Notes under the pieces: model-generated
Told to the model about the DNA's origin: nothing
Database searches by the model: none
Seen by the model: only the letters and a program-made list of their open reading frames with translations
From: Eledone cirrhosa
Taxonomy: Eukaryota
Reading direction: 5' to 3'
DNA: 64,000 bases
Assembly (NCBI GenBank): GCA_964016885.1
Contig: OZ024740.1
Coordinates: 137,020,001 to 137,084,000, forward strand
Made by a program: the position numbers and the translations under genes
Shown here: piece by piece, positions 1 through 14,200 of the stretch
Position numbering within the stretch: position 1 is the first letter of the stretch
Layout: the number at the start of each line of letters is the position of its first letter

Positions 1-3000
1 ACATTTCTCTCAATCTCCAATTCTCTCTTTCTCTTATCACTTTTCTCTCAATCTCCAATTCTCTCTTTCTCTTATCACTTTTCTCTCAATCTCCAATTCT
101 CTCTTTTACTTATGAGTTTTCTCTCAATCTCCAATTCTCTCTTTCTCTTATCACTTTTCCCCTAATCTCCAATTCTCTCTTTCTCTTATCACTTTTCTCT
201 CAATCTCCAATTCTCTCTTTCTCTTATCACTTTTCTGCCAATCTCCAATTCTTTCTTTCTCTTATCACTTTTCTCTCAGTCTCTAAATCTCTCTTTCTCT
301 TATCACATTTCTCTCAATCTCCAATTCTCTCTTTCTCTTAGCACTTTTCCCCTAATCACCAATTCTCTCTTTCTCTTATCACTTTTCTCTCAATCTCCAA
401 TTCTCTCTTTCTCTTATCACTTTTCCCCCAATCTCCAATTCTCTCTTTCTCTTATCACTTTTCCCATAATCTCCAATTCTCTCTTTCTCTTATCACTTTT
501 CTCTCAATCTCCAATTCTCTCTTTCTCTTATCACTTTTCTGCCAATCTCCAATTCTCTCTTTCTCTTATCACTTTTCTCTCCATCTCCAATTCTTTCTTT
601 CTCTTATCACTTTTCTCTCAATCTCCAATTCTCTCTTTTTCTTATCACTTTTCTCTCAATCTCCAATTCTCTCTTTCTCTTATCACTTTTCTCTCAATCT
701 CTAATTTTCTCTTTCTCTTATCACTTTTCTCTCAATCTCCAATTCTCTCTTTCTCTTATCACTTTTCTCTCAATCTCCAATTCTCTCTTTCTCTTATCAC
801 TTTCCCCCCAATCTCCAATTCTCTCTTTCTCTTATCACTTTTCTCTCAATCTCCAATTCTCTCTTTCTCTTATCACTTTTCTCTCAATCTCAATTTCTCT
901 CTTTCTCTTATCACTTTTCTCTCAATCTCCAATTCTCTCTTTCTCTTATCACTTTTCCCTCAATCTCCAATTCTCTCTTTCTCTTATCACTTTTCTCTCA
1001 ATCTCCAATTCTCTCTTTCTCTTATCACTTTTCTGTCAATCTCCAATTCTCTCTTTCTCTTATCACATTTCTCTCAATCTCCAATTCTCTCTTTCTCTTA
1101 TCACTTTTCTCTCAATCTCCAATTCTCTCTTTCTCTTATCACTTTTCTCTCAATCTCCAATTCTCTCTTTTACTTATGAGTTTTCTCTCAATCTCCAATT
1201 CTCTCTTTCTCTTATCACTTTTCCCCTAATCTCCAATTCTCTCTTTCTCTTATCACTTTTCTCTCAATCTCCAATTCTCTCTTTCTCTTATCACTTTTCT
1301 GCCAATCTCCAATTCTTTCTTTCTCTTATCACTTTTCTCTCAGTCTCTAAATCTCTCTTTCTCTTATCACATTTCTCTCAATCTCCAATTCTCTCTTTCT
1401 CTTAGCACTTTTCCCCTAATCACCAATTCTCTCTTTCTCTTATCACTTTTCTCTCAATCTCCAATTCTCTCTTTCTCTTATCACTTTTCCCCCAATCTCC
1501 AATTCTCTCTTTCTCTTATCACTTTTCTCTCAATCTGCAATTCTCGCTTTCTCATATCACTTTTCTCTCAATCTCCAATTCTCTCTTTCTCTTATCACTT
1601 TTCCCCTAATCTCTAATTTTCTCTTTCTCTTATCACTTTTCTCTCAATCTCCAATTCTCTCTTTCACTTATTCCTTTTCTCTCAATCTCCAATTCTCTCT
1701 TTCTCTTATCCATTTTCTCTCAATCTGCAATTCTCTCTTTCTTTTCTCACTTTTCCCCCAATATCCAATTCTCTCTTTCTCTTCACACTTTTCCCCCAAT
1801 CTCCAATTCTCTCTTTCTCTTATCACTTTTCTCTCAATCTCCAATTCTCTCTTTCTCTTATCACTTTTCTCTCACTCTCCAATTCTCTCTTTCTCTTATC
1901 AGTTTTCTCTCAATCTCCAATTCTCTGTTTCTCTTATCACTTTTCTCTCAATCAACAATTCTCTCTTTCTCTTATCACTTTTCCCCCAATCTCCAATTCT
2001 CTCTTTCTCTTATCACTTTTCTCTCAATCTGCAATTCTCTGTTTCTCTTATCACTTTTCCCCCAATCTACAATTCTCTCTTTCTCTTATCACTTTTCTCT
2101 CAATCTCCAATTCTCTCTTTCTCTTATCACTTTTCCCCCAATCTCCAATTCTCTCTTTCTCTTATTACTTTTCTCTCAATCTCCAATTCTCTCTTTCTCT
2201 TCTCACTTTTCTCTAAATCTCCAATTCTCTCTTTCACTTCTCACTTTTCTCTCAATCTCCAATTCTCTCTTTCTCTTATCACTTTTCTCTCAATCTCCAA
2301 TGCTCTCTTTCTATTATCACGTTTCTCTCAATCTCCATTTCTCTCTTTCTCTTATCACTTTTCTCTCAATCTCCAATTCTCTCTTTCTCTTATCACTTTT
2401 CTCTCAATCTCCAATTCTTTCTTTCTCTTATCACTTTTATCTCAATCTCCAATTCTCTCTTTCTCTTATCACTTTTCTCCCAATCTCCAATTCTTTCTTT
2501 CTCTCATCACTTTTCTCTCAATCTCCAATTCTCTCTTTCTCTTATCACTTTTCTCTCAATCTCCAATTCTCTCTTTCTCTTATCACTTTTCTCTCAATCT
2601 CCAATTCTCTCTTTCCCTTCTCACATTTCTCTCAATCTCCAATTCTCTCTTTCTCTTCTCACTTTTCTCTCAATCTCCAATTCTCTCTTTCCCTTCTCAC
2701 ATTTCTCTCAATCTCCAATTCTCTCTTTCTCTTGTCACTTTTCTCTCAATCCCCATTCTCTCTCTCACTTATCACTTTTCTCTCAATCTCCAATTCTCTC
2801 TTTCTCTTATCACTTTTCTGCCAATCTCCAATTCTTTCTTTCTCTTATCACTTTTCTCTCAGTCTCTAATTCTCTCTTTCTCTTATCACATTTCTCTCAA
2901 TCTCCAATTCTCTCTTTCTCTTATCACTTTTCTCTCAATCTCCAATTCTCTCTTTCTCTTATCACTTTTCTCTCAATCTCCAATTCTCTCTTTTACTTAT

Positions 3001-4780
3001 GAGTTTTCTCTCAATCTCCAATTCTCTCTTTCTCTTATCACTTTTCCCCTAATCTCCAATTCTCTCTTTCTCTTATCACTTTTCTCTCAATCTCCAATTC
3101 TCTCTTTCTCTTATCACTTTTCTGCCAACCTCCAATTCTTTCTTTCTCTTATCACTTTTCTCTCAGTCTCTAAATCTCTCTTTCTCTTATCACATTTCTC
3201 TCAATCTCCAATTCTCTCTTTCTCTTAGCACTTTTCCCCTAATCACCAATTCTCTCTTTCTCTTATCACTTTTCTCTCAATCTCCAATTCTCTCTTTCTC
3301 TTATCACTTTTCCCCCAATCTCCAATTCTCTCTTTCTCTTATCACTTTTCCCATAATCTCCAATTCTCTCTTTCTCTTATCACTTTTCTCTCAATCTCCA
3401 ATTCTCTCTTTCTCTTATCACTTTTCTGCCAATCTCCAATTCTCTCTTTCTCTTATCACTTTTCTCTCCATCTCCAATTCTTTCTTTCTCTTATCACTTT
3501 TCTCTCAATCTCCAATTCTCTCTTTTTCTTATCACTTTTCTCTCAATCTCCAATTCTCTCTTTCTCTTATCACTTTTCTCTCAATCTCTAATTTTCTCTT
3601 TCTCTTATCACTTTTCTCTCAATCTCCAATTCTCTCTTTCTCTTATCACTTTTCTCTCAATCTCCAATTCTCTCTTTCTCTTATCACTTTTCTCTCAATC
3701 TCCAATTCTCTCTTTCTCTTATCACTTTCCCCCCAATCTCCAATTCTCTCTTTCTCTTATCACTTTTCTCTCAATCTCCAATTCTCTCTTTCTCTTATCA
3801 CTTTTCTCTCAATCTCAATTTCTCTCTTTCTCTTATCACTTTTCTCTCAATCTCCAATTCTCTCTTTCTCTTATCACTTTTCCCTCAATCTCCAATTCTC
3901 TCTTTCTCTTATCACTTTTCTCTCAATCTCCAATTCTCTCTTTCTCTTATCACTTTTCTGTCAATCTCCAATTCTCTCTTTCTCTTATCACATTTCTCTC
4001 AATCTCCAATTCTCTCTTTCTCTTATCACTTTTCTCTCAATCTCCAATTCTCTCTTTCTCTTATCACTTTTCTCTCAATCTCCAATTCTCTCTTTTACTT
4101 ATGAGTTTTCTCTCAATCTCCAATTCTCTCTTTCTCTTATCACTTTTCCCCTAATCTCCAATTCTCTCTTTCTCTTATCACTTTTCTCTCAATCTCCAAT
4201 TCTCTCTTTCTCTTATCACTTTTCTGCCAATCTCCAATTCTTTCTTTCTCTTATCACTTTTCTCTCAGTCTCTAAATCTCTCTTTCTCTTATCACATTTC
4301 TCTCAATCTCCAATTCTCTCTTTCTCTTAGCACTTTTCCCCTAATCACCAATTCTCTCTTTCTCTTATCACTTTTCTCTCAATCTCCAATTCTCTCTTTC
4401 TCTTATCACTTTTCCCCCAATCTCCAATTCTCTCTTTCTCTTATCACTTTTCTCTCAATCTGCAATTCTCGCTTTCTCATATCACTTTTCTCTCAATCTC
4501 CAATTCTCTCTTTCTCTTATCACTTTTCCCCTAATCTCTAATTTTCTCTTTCTCTTATCACTTTTCTCTCAATCTCCAATTCTCTCTTTCACTTATTCCT
4601 TTTCTCTCAATCTCCAATTCTCTCTTTCTCTTATCCATTTTCTCTCAATCTGCAATTCTCTCTTTCTTTTCTCACTTTTCCCCCAATATCCAATTCTCTC
4701 TTTCTCTTCACACTTTTCCCCCAATCTCCAATTCTCTCTTTCTCTTATCACTTTTCTCTCAATCTCCAATTTTCTCTTTC
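1..4780 (+). repeat. Nested higher-order repeat: a 28/29-monomer unit inside an approximately 76-monomer duplication
   Basis: The marker TTTTACTTATGAG has its ATGAG at 112, 1176, 2999 and 4101. Offsets are 1064 (28x38), 1102 (29x38) and 2887 (76x38-1). Linked variants CAGTCTCTAAAT and TTAGCAC follow each copy. Confidence 0.9.
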
Positions 4781-5349
4781 TCTTATCACTTTTCTCTCAA
4801 TCTCCAATTCTCTCTTTCTCTTATCACTTTTCTCTCAATCTCCAATTCTCTCTTTCTCTTATCACTTTTCTCTCAATCTCAATTTCTCTCTTTCTCTTAT
4901 CACTTTTCTCTCAATCTCCAATTCTCTCTTTCTCTTATCACTTTTCCCTCAATCTCCAATTCTCTCTTTCTCTTATCACTTTTCTCTCAATCTCCAATTC
5001 TCTCTTTCTCTTATCACTTTTCTGTCAATCTCCAATTCTCTCTTTCTCTTATCACTTTTTTCTCAATCTCCAATTCTCTCTTTCTCTTATCACTTTTCTC
5101 TCAATCTCCAATTCTCTCTTTCTCTTATCACTTTTCTCTCAATCTCCAATTCTCTCTTTCTCTTATCACTTTTCTCTCAATCTCCAATTCTCTCTTTCTC
5201 TTATCACTTTTCTCTCAATCTCCAATTCTCTCTTTCTCTTCTCACTTTTCTCTCAATCTCTAATTCTCTCTTTCTCTCATCACTTTTCTCTCAATCTCCA
5301 ATTATCTCTTTCTCTTATCCATTTTCTCTCAATCTCCAATTCTCTCTTT

Positions 5350-8300
5350 CTTTTCTCACTTTTCCCCCAATCTCCAATGCTCTCGTTCTCTTCTCACTTT
5401 TCTCTCAATCTCCAATTCTCTCTTTCTCTTATCACTTTTCTCTCAATCTCCAATCCTCTCTTTCTATTCTCAGTCTTCCCCCAATCTCCAATTCTCTCTT
5501 TCTCTTATCACTATTCGGCCAATCTCCAATTCTCTCTTTCTCTCATCACTTTTCTCTAAATCTCCAATTCTCTCTTTCTCTTATCACTTTGCTCTCAATC
5601 TCCAATTCTCTCTTTCTCTTATCACTTTTCTCTTAATCTCTAATTCTCTCTTTCTCTTATCACTTTTCTCTCAATCTCTAATTCTCTCTTTCTCTTATCA
5701 CTTTTCTCTCAATCTCCAATTCTCTCTTTCTCTTATCACTTTTCTCTCAATCTCCAATTCTCACTTTTTTTTCTCACTTTTCTCTCAATCTCCAATTCTC
5801 TCTTTCTCTTATCACTTTTCTCTCAATCTCCAAATCTCTCTTTCTCTTATCACTTTTCCCCCAATCTACAATTCTCTCCTTCTCTTATCACTTTTCTCTC
5901 AATCTCCAATTGTCTCTTTCTCTTATCACTTTTCTCTCAATCTCCAATTCTCTCTTTCTCTTATCAATTTTCTCTCAATCACCAATTCTCTCTTTCCCTT
6001 ATCACTTTTCTCTCAATCTCCAATTCTCTCTTTCTCTTATCACTTTTCTCTCAATCTCCAATTGTCTCTTTCTCTTATCACTTTTCTCTCAATCTCCAAT
6101 TCTCTCTTTCTCTTATCACTTTTCTCTCAATCTCCAATTCTCTCTATCTCTTTTCACTTTTTTCTCAATCTTCAATTCTCTCTTTCTCTTATTACTTTTC
6201 CCTCAATCTCCAATTCTCTCTTTCTCTTATCACTTTTCTCTCTATCTCCAATTCTCTCTTTCTCTTATCACTTTTCTCTCAATCTCTAATTCTCTCTTTC
6301 TCTTATCACTTTTCTCTCAATCTCCAATTCTCTCTTTCTCTTATCACTTTTCTCTCAATCTCCAATTCGCTCTTTCTCTTATCCATTTTTTCTCAATTTC
6401 CAATTCTCTCTTTCTCTTATCACTTTTCTCTCAATCTCCAATTTTCTCTTTCTCTTATCACTTTTCCCCCAATCTCCAATTCTCTCTTTCTCTTATTACT
6501 TTTCTCTCAATCTCCAATTCTCTCTTTCTCTTATCACTTTTCTCTCAATCTCCAATGCTCTCTTTCTATTATCACGTTTCTCTCAATCTCCAATTCTCTC
6601 TTTCTCTTATTACTTTTCTCTCAATCTCCAATTCTCTCTTTCTCTTATCACTTTTCTCTCAATCTCCAATTCTTTCTTTCTCTTATCACTTTTATCTCAA
6701 TCTCCAATTCTCTCTTTCTCTTATCACTTTTCTCCCAATCTCCAATTCTCTCTTTCTCTCATCACTTTTCTCTCAATCTCCAATTCTCTCTTTCTCTTAT
6801 CACTTTTCTCTCAATCTCCAATTCGCTCTTTCTCTTATCACTTTTCTCTCAATCTCCAATTCTCTCTTTCCCTTCTCACATTTCTCTCAATCTCCAATTC
6901 TCTCTTTCTCTTCTCACTTTTCTCTCAATCTCCAATTCTCTCTTTCTCTTATCACTTTTCTCTCAATCCCCATTCTCTCTCTCACTTATCACTATTCTCT
7001 CAATCTCCAATTCTCCCTTTCTCTTGTCATTTTTCTCTCAATCTCCAATTCTCTCTTTCTCTTATCACTTTTCTCTCACTCTCCAATTCTCTCTTTCTCT
7101 TATCAGTTTTCTCTCAATCTCCAATTCTCTCTTTCTCTTATCACTTTTCTCTCAATCAACAATTCTCTCTTTCTCTTATCACTTTTCCTCCAATCTCCAA
7201 TTCTCTCTTTCTCTTATCACTTTTCTCTCAATCTCCAATTCTCTCTTTCTCTTATCAATTTTCTCTCAATCCCCATTCTCTCTCTCACTTATCACTATTC
7301 TCTCAATCTCCAATTCTCCCTTTCTCTTGTCATTTTTCTCTCAATCTCCAATTCTCTCTTTCTCTTATCACTTTTCTCTCCATCTCCAATTCTCTCTTTC
7401 TCTTATCACTTTTCTCTCAATCTCCAATTCTCTCTTTCTCTCCTCACTTTTCCCCCAATCTCCAATTCTCTCTTTCTCTTATCACTTTTCTCTCAATCTC
7501 CAATTCTCTCTTTCTCTTATCACTTTTACCCCAGTCTCCAATTCTCTCTTTCTCTTATCACTTTTCCCCCAATCTCCAATTCTCTCTTTCTCTTATAACT
7601 TTTCTCTCATTCTCCAATTCTCTTATCACTTTTCCCCCAATCTCCAATTCTCTCTTTCTCTTATCACTTTTCTCTCAATCTCCAATTCTCTCTTTCTCTT
7701 ATCACTTTTCCCCCAATCTCCAATTCTCTCTTTCTCTTATCACTTTTACCCCAGTCTCCAATTCTCTCTTTCTCTTATCACTTTTCTCCCAATCTCCAAT
7801 TCTCTCTTATTCTTATCACTTTTCTCTCAAACTCCAATTCTCTCTTTCTCTTATAACTTTTCTCTCATTCTCCAATTCTCTTATCACTTTTCCACCAATC
7901 TCCTATTCTCTCTTTCTCTGATCACTTTCCTCTCAATCTCCAATTCTCTCTTTCTCTTATCACTTTTCCCCCAATCTCCAATTCTCCCTTTCTCTTATCA
8001 CTTTTCTCTCAATCTCCAATTCTCTGTTTCTCTTATCACTTTTCCCCCAATCTCCAATGCTCTCTTTCTCTTCTCACTTTTCTCTCAATCTCCAATTCTC
8101 TCTTTCTTTTATCACTTTTCTCTCAATCTCCAATCCTCTCTTTCTATTCTCAGTCTTCCCCCAATCTCCAATTCTCTCTTTCTCTTATCACTATTCGGCC
8201 AATCTCCAATTCTCTCTTTCTCTGATCACTTTTCTCTAAATCTCCAATTCTCTCTTTCTCTTATCACTTTGCTCTCAATCTCCAATTCTCTCTTTCTCTT

Positions 8301-11100
8301 ATCACTTTTCTCTTAATCTCTAATTCTCTCTTTCTCTTATCACTTTTCTCTCAATCTCTAATTCTCTCTTTCTCTTATCACTTTTCTCTCAATCTCCAAT
8401 TCTCTCTTTCTCTTATCACTTTTCCCCCAATCTCCAATTCTCTCTTTCTCTTATCACTTTTCTCTCAATCTCCAATTCTCACTTTTTTTTCTCACTTTTC
8501 TCTCAATCTCCAATTCTCTCTTTCTCTTATCACTTTTCTCTCAATCTCCAAATATCTCTTTCTCTTATCACTTTTCCCCCAATCTACAATTCTCTCCTTC
8601 TCTTATCACTTTTCTCTCAATCTCCAATTGTCTCTTTCTCTTATCACTTTTCTCTCAATCTCCAATTCTCTCTTTCTCTTATCACTTTTCTCTCAATCTC
8701 CAATTCTCTCTTTCTCTTATCACTTTTCCCCCAATCTACAATTCTCTCCTTCTCTTATCACTTTTCTCTCAATCTCCAATTCTCTCTTTCTCTTATCACT
8801 TTTCTCTCAATCTCCAAATCTCTCTTTCTCTTATCACTTTTCCCCCAATCTACAATTCTCTCCTTCTCTTATCACTTTTCTCTCAATCTCCAATTGTCTC
8901 TTTCTCTTATCACTTTTCTCTCAATCTCCAATTCTCTCTTTCTCTTATCAATTTTCTCTCAATCTCCAATTCTCTCTTTCCCTTATCACTTTTCTCTCAA
9001 TCTCCAATTCTCTCTTTCTCTTATCACTTTTCTCTCAATCTCCAATTGTCTCTTTCTCTTATCACTTTTCTCTCAATCTCCAATTCTCTCTTTCTCTTAT
9101 CACTTTTCTCTCAATCTCCAATTCTCTCTTTCTCTTTTCACTTTTTTCTCAATCTTCAATTCTCTCTTTCTCTTATTACTTTTCCCTCAATCTCCAATTC
9201 TCTCTTTCTCTCATCACTTTTCTCTCTATCTCCAATTCTCTCTTTCTCTTATCACTTTTCTCTCAATCTCTAATTCTCTCTTTCTCTTATCACTTTTCTC
9301 TCAATCTCCAATTCTCTCTTTCTCTTATCACTTTTCTCTCAATCTCCAATTCGCTCTTTCTCTTATCCATTTTTTCTCAATTTCCAATTCTCTCTTTCTC
9401 TTATCACTTTTCTCTCAATCTCCAATTTTCTCTTTCACTTATCACTTTTCCCCCAATCTCCAATTCTCTCTTTCTCTTATTACTTTTCTCTCAATCTCCA
9501 ATTCTCTCTTTCTCTTCTCACTTTTCTCTAAATCTCCAATTCTCTCTTTCACTTCTCACTTTTCTCTCAATCTCCAATTCTCCAATTCTCTTATCACTTT
9601 TCCACCAATCTCCTATTCTCTCTTTCTCTTATCACTTTCCTCTCAATCTCCAATTCTCTCTTTCTCTTATTACTTTTCTCTCAATCTCCAATTCTCTCTT
9701 TCTCTTATCACTTTTCTCTCAATCTCCAATTCTTTCTTTCTCTTATCACTTTTATCTCAATCTCCAATTCTCTCTTTCTCTTATCACTTTTCTCCCAATC
9801 TCCAATTCTCTCTTTCTCTCATCACTTTTCTCTCAATCTCCAATTCTCTCTTTCTCTTATCACTTTTCTCTCAATCTCCAATTCTCTCTTTCTCTTATCA
9901 CTTTTCTCTCAATCTCCAATTCTCTCTTTCCCTTCTCACATTTCTCTCAATCTCCAATTCTCTCTTTCTCTTCTCACTTTTCTCTCAATCTCCAATTCTC
10001 TCTTTCTCTTATCACTTTTCTCTCAATCCCCATTGTCTCTCTCACTTATCACTATTCTCTCAATCTCCAATTCTCCCTTTCTCTTGTCATTTTTCTCTCA
10101 ATCTCCAATTCTCTCTTTCTCTTATCACTTTTCTCTCACTCTCCAATTCTCTCTTTCTCTTATCACTTTTCTCTCAATCTCCAATTCTCTCTTTCTCTTA
10201 TCACTTTTATCTCAATCAACAATTCTCTCTTTCTCTTATCACTTTTCCTCCAATCTCCAATTCTCTCTTTCTCTTATCACTTTTCTCTCAATCTCCAATT
10301 CTCTCTTTCTCTTATCACTTTTCTCTCAATCCCCATTCTCTCTCTCACTTATCACTATTCTCTCAATCTCCAATTCTCCCTTTCTCTTGTCATTTTTCTC
10401 TCAATCTCCAATTCTCTCTTTCTCTTATCACTTTTCTCTTCATCTCCAATTCTCTCTTTCTCTTATCACTTTTCTCACAATCTCCAATTCTCTCTTTCTC
10501 TTCTCACTTTTCCCCCAATCTCCAATTCTCTCTTTCTCTTATCACTTTTCTCTCAATCTCCAATTGTATCATTCTCTTATCACTTTTCCCCCAATCTCCA
10601 ATTCTCTCTTTCTCTTATCACTTTTCCCCCAATCTCCAATTCCCTCTTTCTCTTATCACTTTTCCCCCAATCTCCAATTCTCTCTTTCTCTTATCACTTT
10701 TCCCCCAATCTCCAATTCTCTCTTTCTCTTATCACTTTTACCCCAGTCTCCAATTCTCTCTTTCTCTTATCACTTTTCCCCCAATCTCCAATTCTCTCTT
10801 TCTCTTATAACTTTTCTCTCATTCTCCAATTCTCTTATCACTTTTCCCCCAATCTCCAATTCTCTCTTTCTCTTATCACTTTTACCCCAGTCTCCAATTC
10901 TCTCTTTCTCTTATCACTTTTCCCCCAATCTCCAATTCTCTCTTATTCTTATCACTTTTCTCTCAAACTCCAATTCTCTCTTTCTCTTATAACTTTTCTC
11001 TCATTCTCCAATTCTCTTATCACTTTTCCACCAATCTCCTATTCTCTCTTTCTCTTATCACTTTCCTCTCAATCTCCAATTCTCTCTTTCTCTTATCACT
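5350..11100 (+). repeat. Diverged higher-order duplication, about 2.7-3.1 kb
   Basis: CTATTCGGCC occurs at 5511 and 8191 (offset 2680). Paired ORF starts 5910/8894 and 6062/9046 have offset 2984, which is 2680 plus 8 monomers. Both copies end in a region with ACCCCAG variants and 30-bp monomers. Confidence 0.8.
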
Positions 11101-11239
11101 TTTCCCCCAATCTCCAATTCTCTCTTTCTCTTATCACTTTTCCCCCAATCTCCAATTCTCTCTTTCTCTTATCACTTTTCTCTCAATCTCCAATTCTCTG
11201 TTTCTCTTATCACTTTTCCCCCAATCTCCAATTTTCTCT

Positions 11240-14200
11240 TTCTCTTATCACTTTTTTCTCAATCTTCAATTCTCTCTTTCTCGTATTACTTTTCCCTCAA
11301 TCTCCAATTCTCTCTTTCTCTTATCACTTTTCTCTCTATCTCCAATTCTCTCTTTCTCTTATCACTTTTCTCTCAATCTCTAATTCTCTCTTTCTCTTAT
11401 CACTTTTCTCTCAATCTCCAATTCTCTCTTTCTCTTATCCATTTTTTCTCAATTTCCAATACTCTCTTTCTCTTATCACTTTTCTCTGAATCTCCAATTT
11501 TCTCTTTCTCTTATCACTTTTACCCCAATCTCCAATTCTCTCTTTCTCTTATTACTTTTCTCTCAATGTCCAATTCTCTCTTTCTCTTCTCACTTTTCTC
11601 TAAATCTCCAATTCTCTCTTTCGCTTCTCACTTTTCTCTCAATCTCCAATTCTCTCTTTCTCTTATCACTTTTCTCTCAATCTCCAATGCTCTCTTTCTA
11701 TTATCACGTTTCTCTCAATCTCCAATTCTCTCTTTCTCTTATCACTTTTCTCTCAATCTCCAATTCTCTCTTTCTCTTATCACTTTTCTCTCAATCTCCA
11801 ATTCTTTCTTTCTCTTATCACTTTTATCTCAATCTCCAATTCTCTCTTTCTCTTATCACTTTTCTCTCAATCTCCAATTCTCTCCTTCTCTTATCACTTT
11901 TCTCTCAATCTCCAATTCTCTCTTTCCCTTCTCACATTTCTCTCAATCTCCAATTCTCTTTTTCTCTTCTCACTTTTCTCTCAATCTCCAATTCTCTCTT
12001 TCTTTTATCACTTTTCTCTCAATCCCCATTCTCTCTCTCACTTATCACTATTCTCTCAATCTCCAATTCTCCCTTTCTCTTGTCATTTTTCTCTCAATCT
12101 CCAATTCTCTCTTTCTCTTATCACTTTTCTCTCACTCTCCAATTCTCTCTTTCTCTTATCAGTTTTCTCTCAATCTCCAATTCTCTCTTTCTCTTATCAC
12201 TTTTCTCTCAATCAACAATTCTCTCTTTCTCTTATCACTTTTCCCCCAATCTCCAATTCTCTCTTTCTCTTATCACTTTTCTCTCAATCTGCAATTCTCT
12301 GTTTCTCTTATCACTTTTCCCCCAATCTACAATTCTCTCTTTCTCTTATCACTTTTCTCTCAATCTCCAATTCTCTCTTTCTCTTATCACTTTTCCCCCA
12401 ATCTCCAATTCTCTCTTTCTCTTATTACTTTTCTCTCAATCTCCAATTCTCTCTTTCTCTTCTCACTTTTCTCTAAATCTCCAATTCTCTCTTTCACTTC
12501 TCACTTTTGTCTCAATCTCCAATTCTCTCTTTCTCTTATCACTTTTCTCTCAATCTCCAATGCTCTCTTTCTCTTATCACTTTTCTCTCAATCTCCAATT
12601 CTCTCTTTCTCTTATCACTTTTCCCCCAATCTACAATTCTCTCTTTCTCTTATCACTTTTCTCTCAATCTCCAATTGTCTCTTACTCTTATCACTTTTCT
12701 CTCAATCTCCAATTCTCTCTTTCTCTTATCACTTTTCTCTCAATCTCCAATTCTCTCTTTCTCTTATCACTTTTCTCTCAATCTCCAATTCTGTCTTTCT
12801 CTTATCACTTTTCTCTCAATCTCAATTTCTCTCTTTCTCTTATCACTTTTCTCTCAATCTCCAATTCTCTCTTTCTCTTATCACTTTTCTCTCAATCTCC
12901 AATTCTCTCTTTCTCTTATCACTTTTCTCTCAATCTCCAATTCTCTCTTTCTCTTCTCACTTTTCCCCTAATCTCCAATTCTCTCTTTCTCTTATCACTT
13001 TTCTCTCAATCTCCAATTCTGTCTTTCTCTTATCACTTTTTTCTCAATCTCCAATTCTCTCTTTCTCTTATCACTTTTCTCTCAATCTCCAATTCTCTCT
13101 TTCTCTTATCACTTTTCTCTCAATCTCCAATTCTCTCTTTCTCTTATCACTTTTCTCTCAATCTCCAATTCTCTCTTTCTTTTCTCACTTTTCCCCCAAT
13201 CTCCAATGCTCTCTTTCTCTTCTCACTTTTCTCTCAATCTCCAATACTCTCTTTCTATTCTCAGTCTTCCCCCAATCTCCAATTCTCTCTTTCTCTCATC
13301 ACTTTTCTCTAAATCTCCAATTCTCTCTTTCTCTTATCACTTTTCTCTTAATCTCTAATTCTCTCTTTCTCTTATCACTTTTCTCTCAATCTCCAATTCT
13401 CACTTTTTCTTCTCACTTTTCTCTCAATCTCCAATTCTCTATTTCTCTTATCACTTTTCTCTCAATCTCCAATTGTCTCTTTCTCTTATCACTTTTCTCT
13501 CAATCTCCAAGTCTCTCTTTCTCGCATCACTTTTCTCTCAATCTCCAATTCTCTCTATCTCTTATCACTTTTTTCTCAATCTTCAATTCTCTCTTTCTCT
13601 TATTACTTTTCCCTCAATCTCCAATTCTCTCTTTCTCTTATCACTTTTCTCTCTATCTCCAATTCTCTCTTTCTCTTATCACTTTTCTCTCAATCTCTAA
13701 TTCTCTCTTTCTCTTATCACTTTTCTCTCAATCTCCAATTCTCTCTTTCTCTTATCCATTTTTTCTCAATTTCCAATACTCTCTTTCTCTTATCACTTTT
13801 CTCTGAATCTCCAATTTTCTCTTTCTCTTATCACTTTTACCCCAATCTCCAATTCTCTCTTTCTCTTATTACTTTTCTCTCAATCTCCAATTCTCTCTTT
13901 CTCTTCTCACTTTTCTCTAAATCTCCAATTCTCTCTTTCGCTTCTCACTTTTCTCTCAATCTCCAATTCTCTCTTTCTCTTATCACTTTTCTCTCAATCT
14001 CCAATGCTCTCTTTCTATTATCACGTTTCTCTCAATCTCCAATTCTCTCTTTCTCTTATCACTTTTCTCTCAATCTCCAATTCTCTCTTTCTCTTATCAC
14101 TTTTCTCTCAATCTCCAATTCTTTCTTTCTCTTATCACTTTTATCTCAATCTCCAATTCTCTCTTTCTCTTATCACTTTTCTCTCAATCTCCAATTCTCT

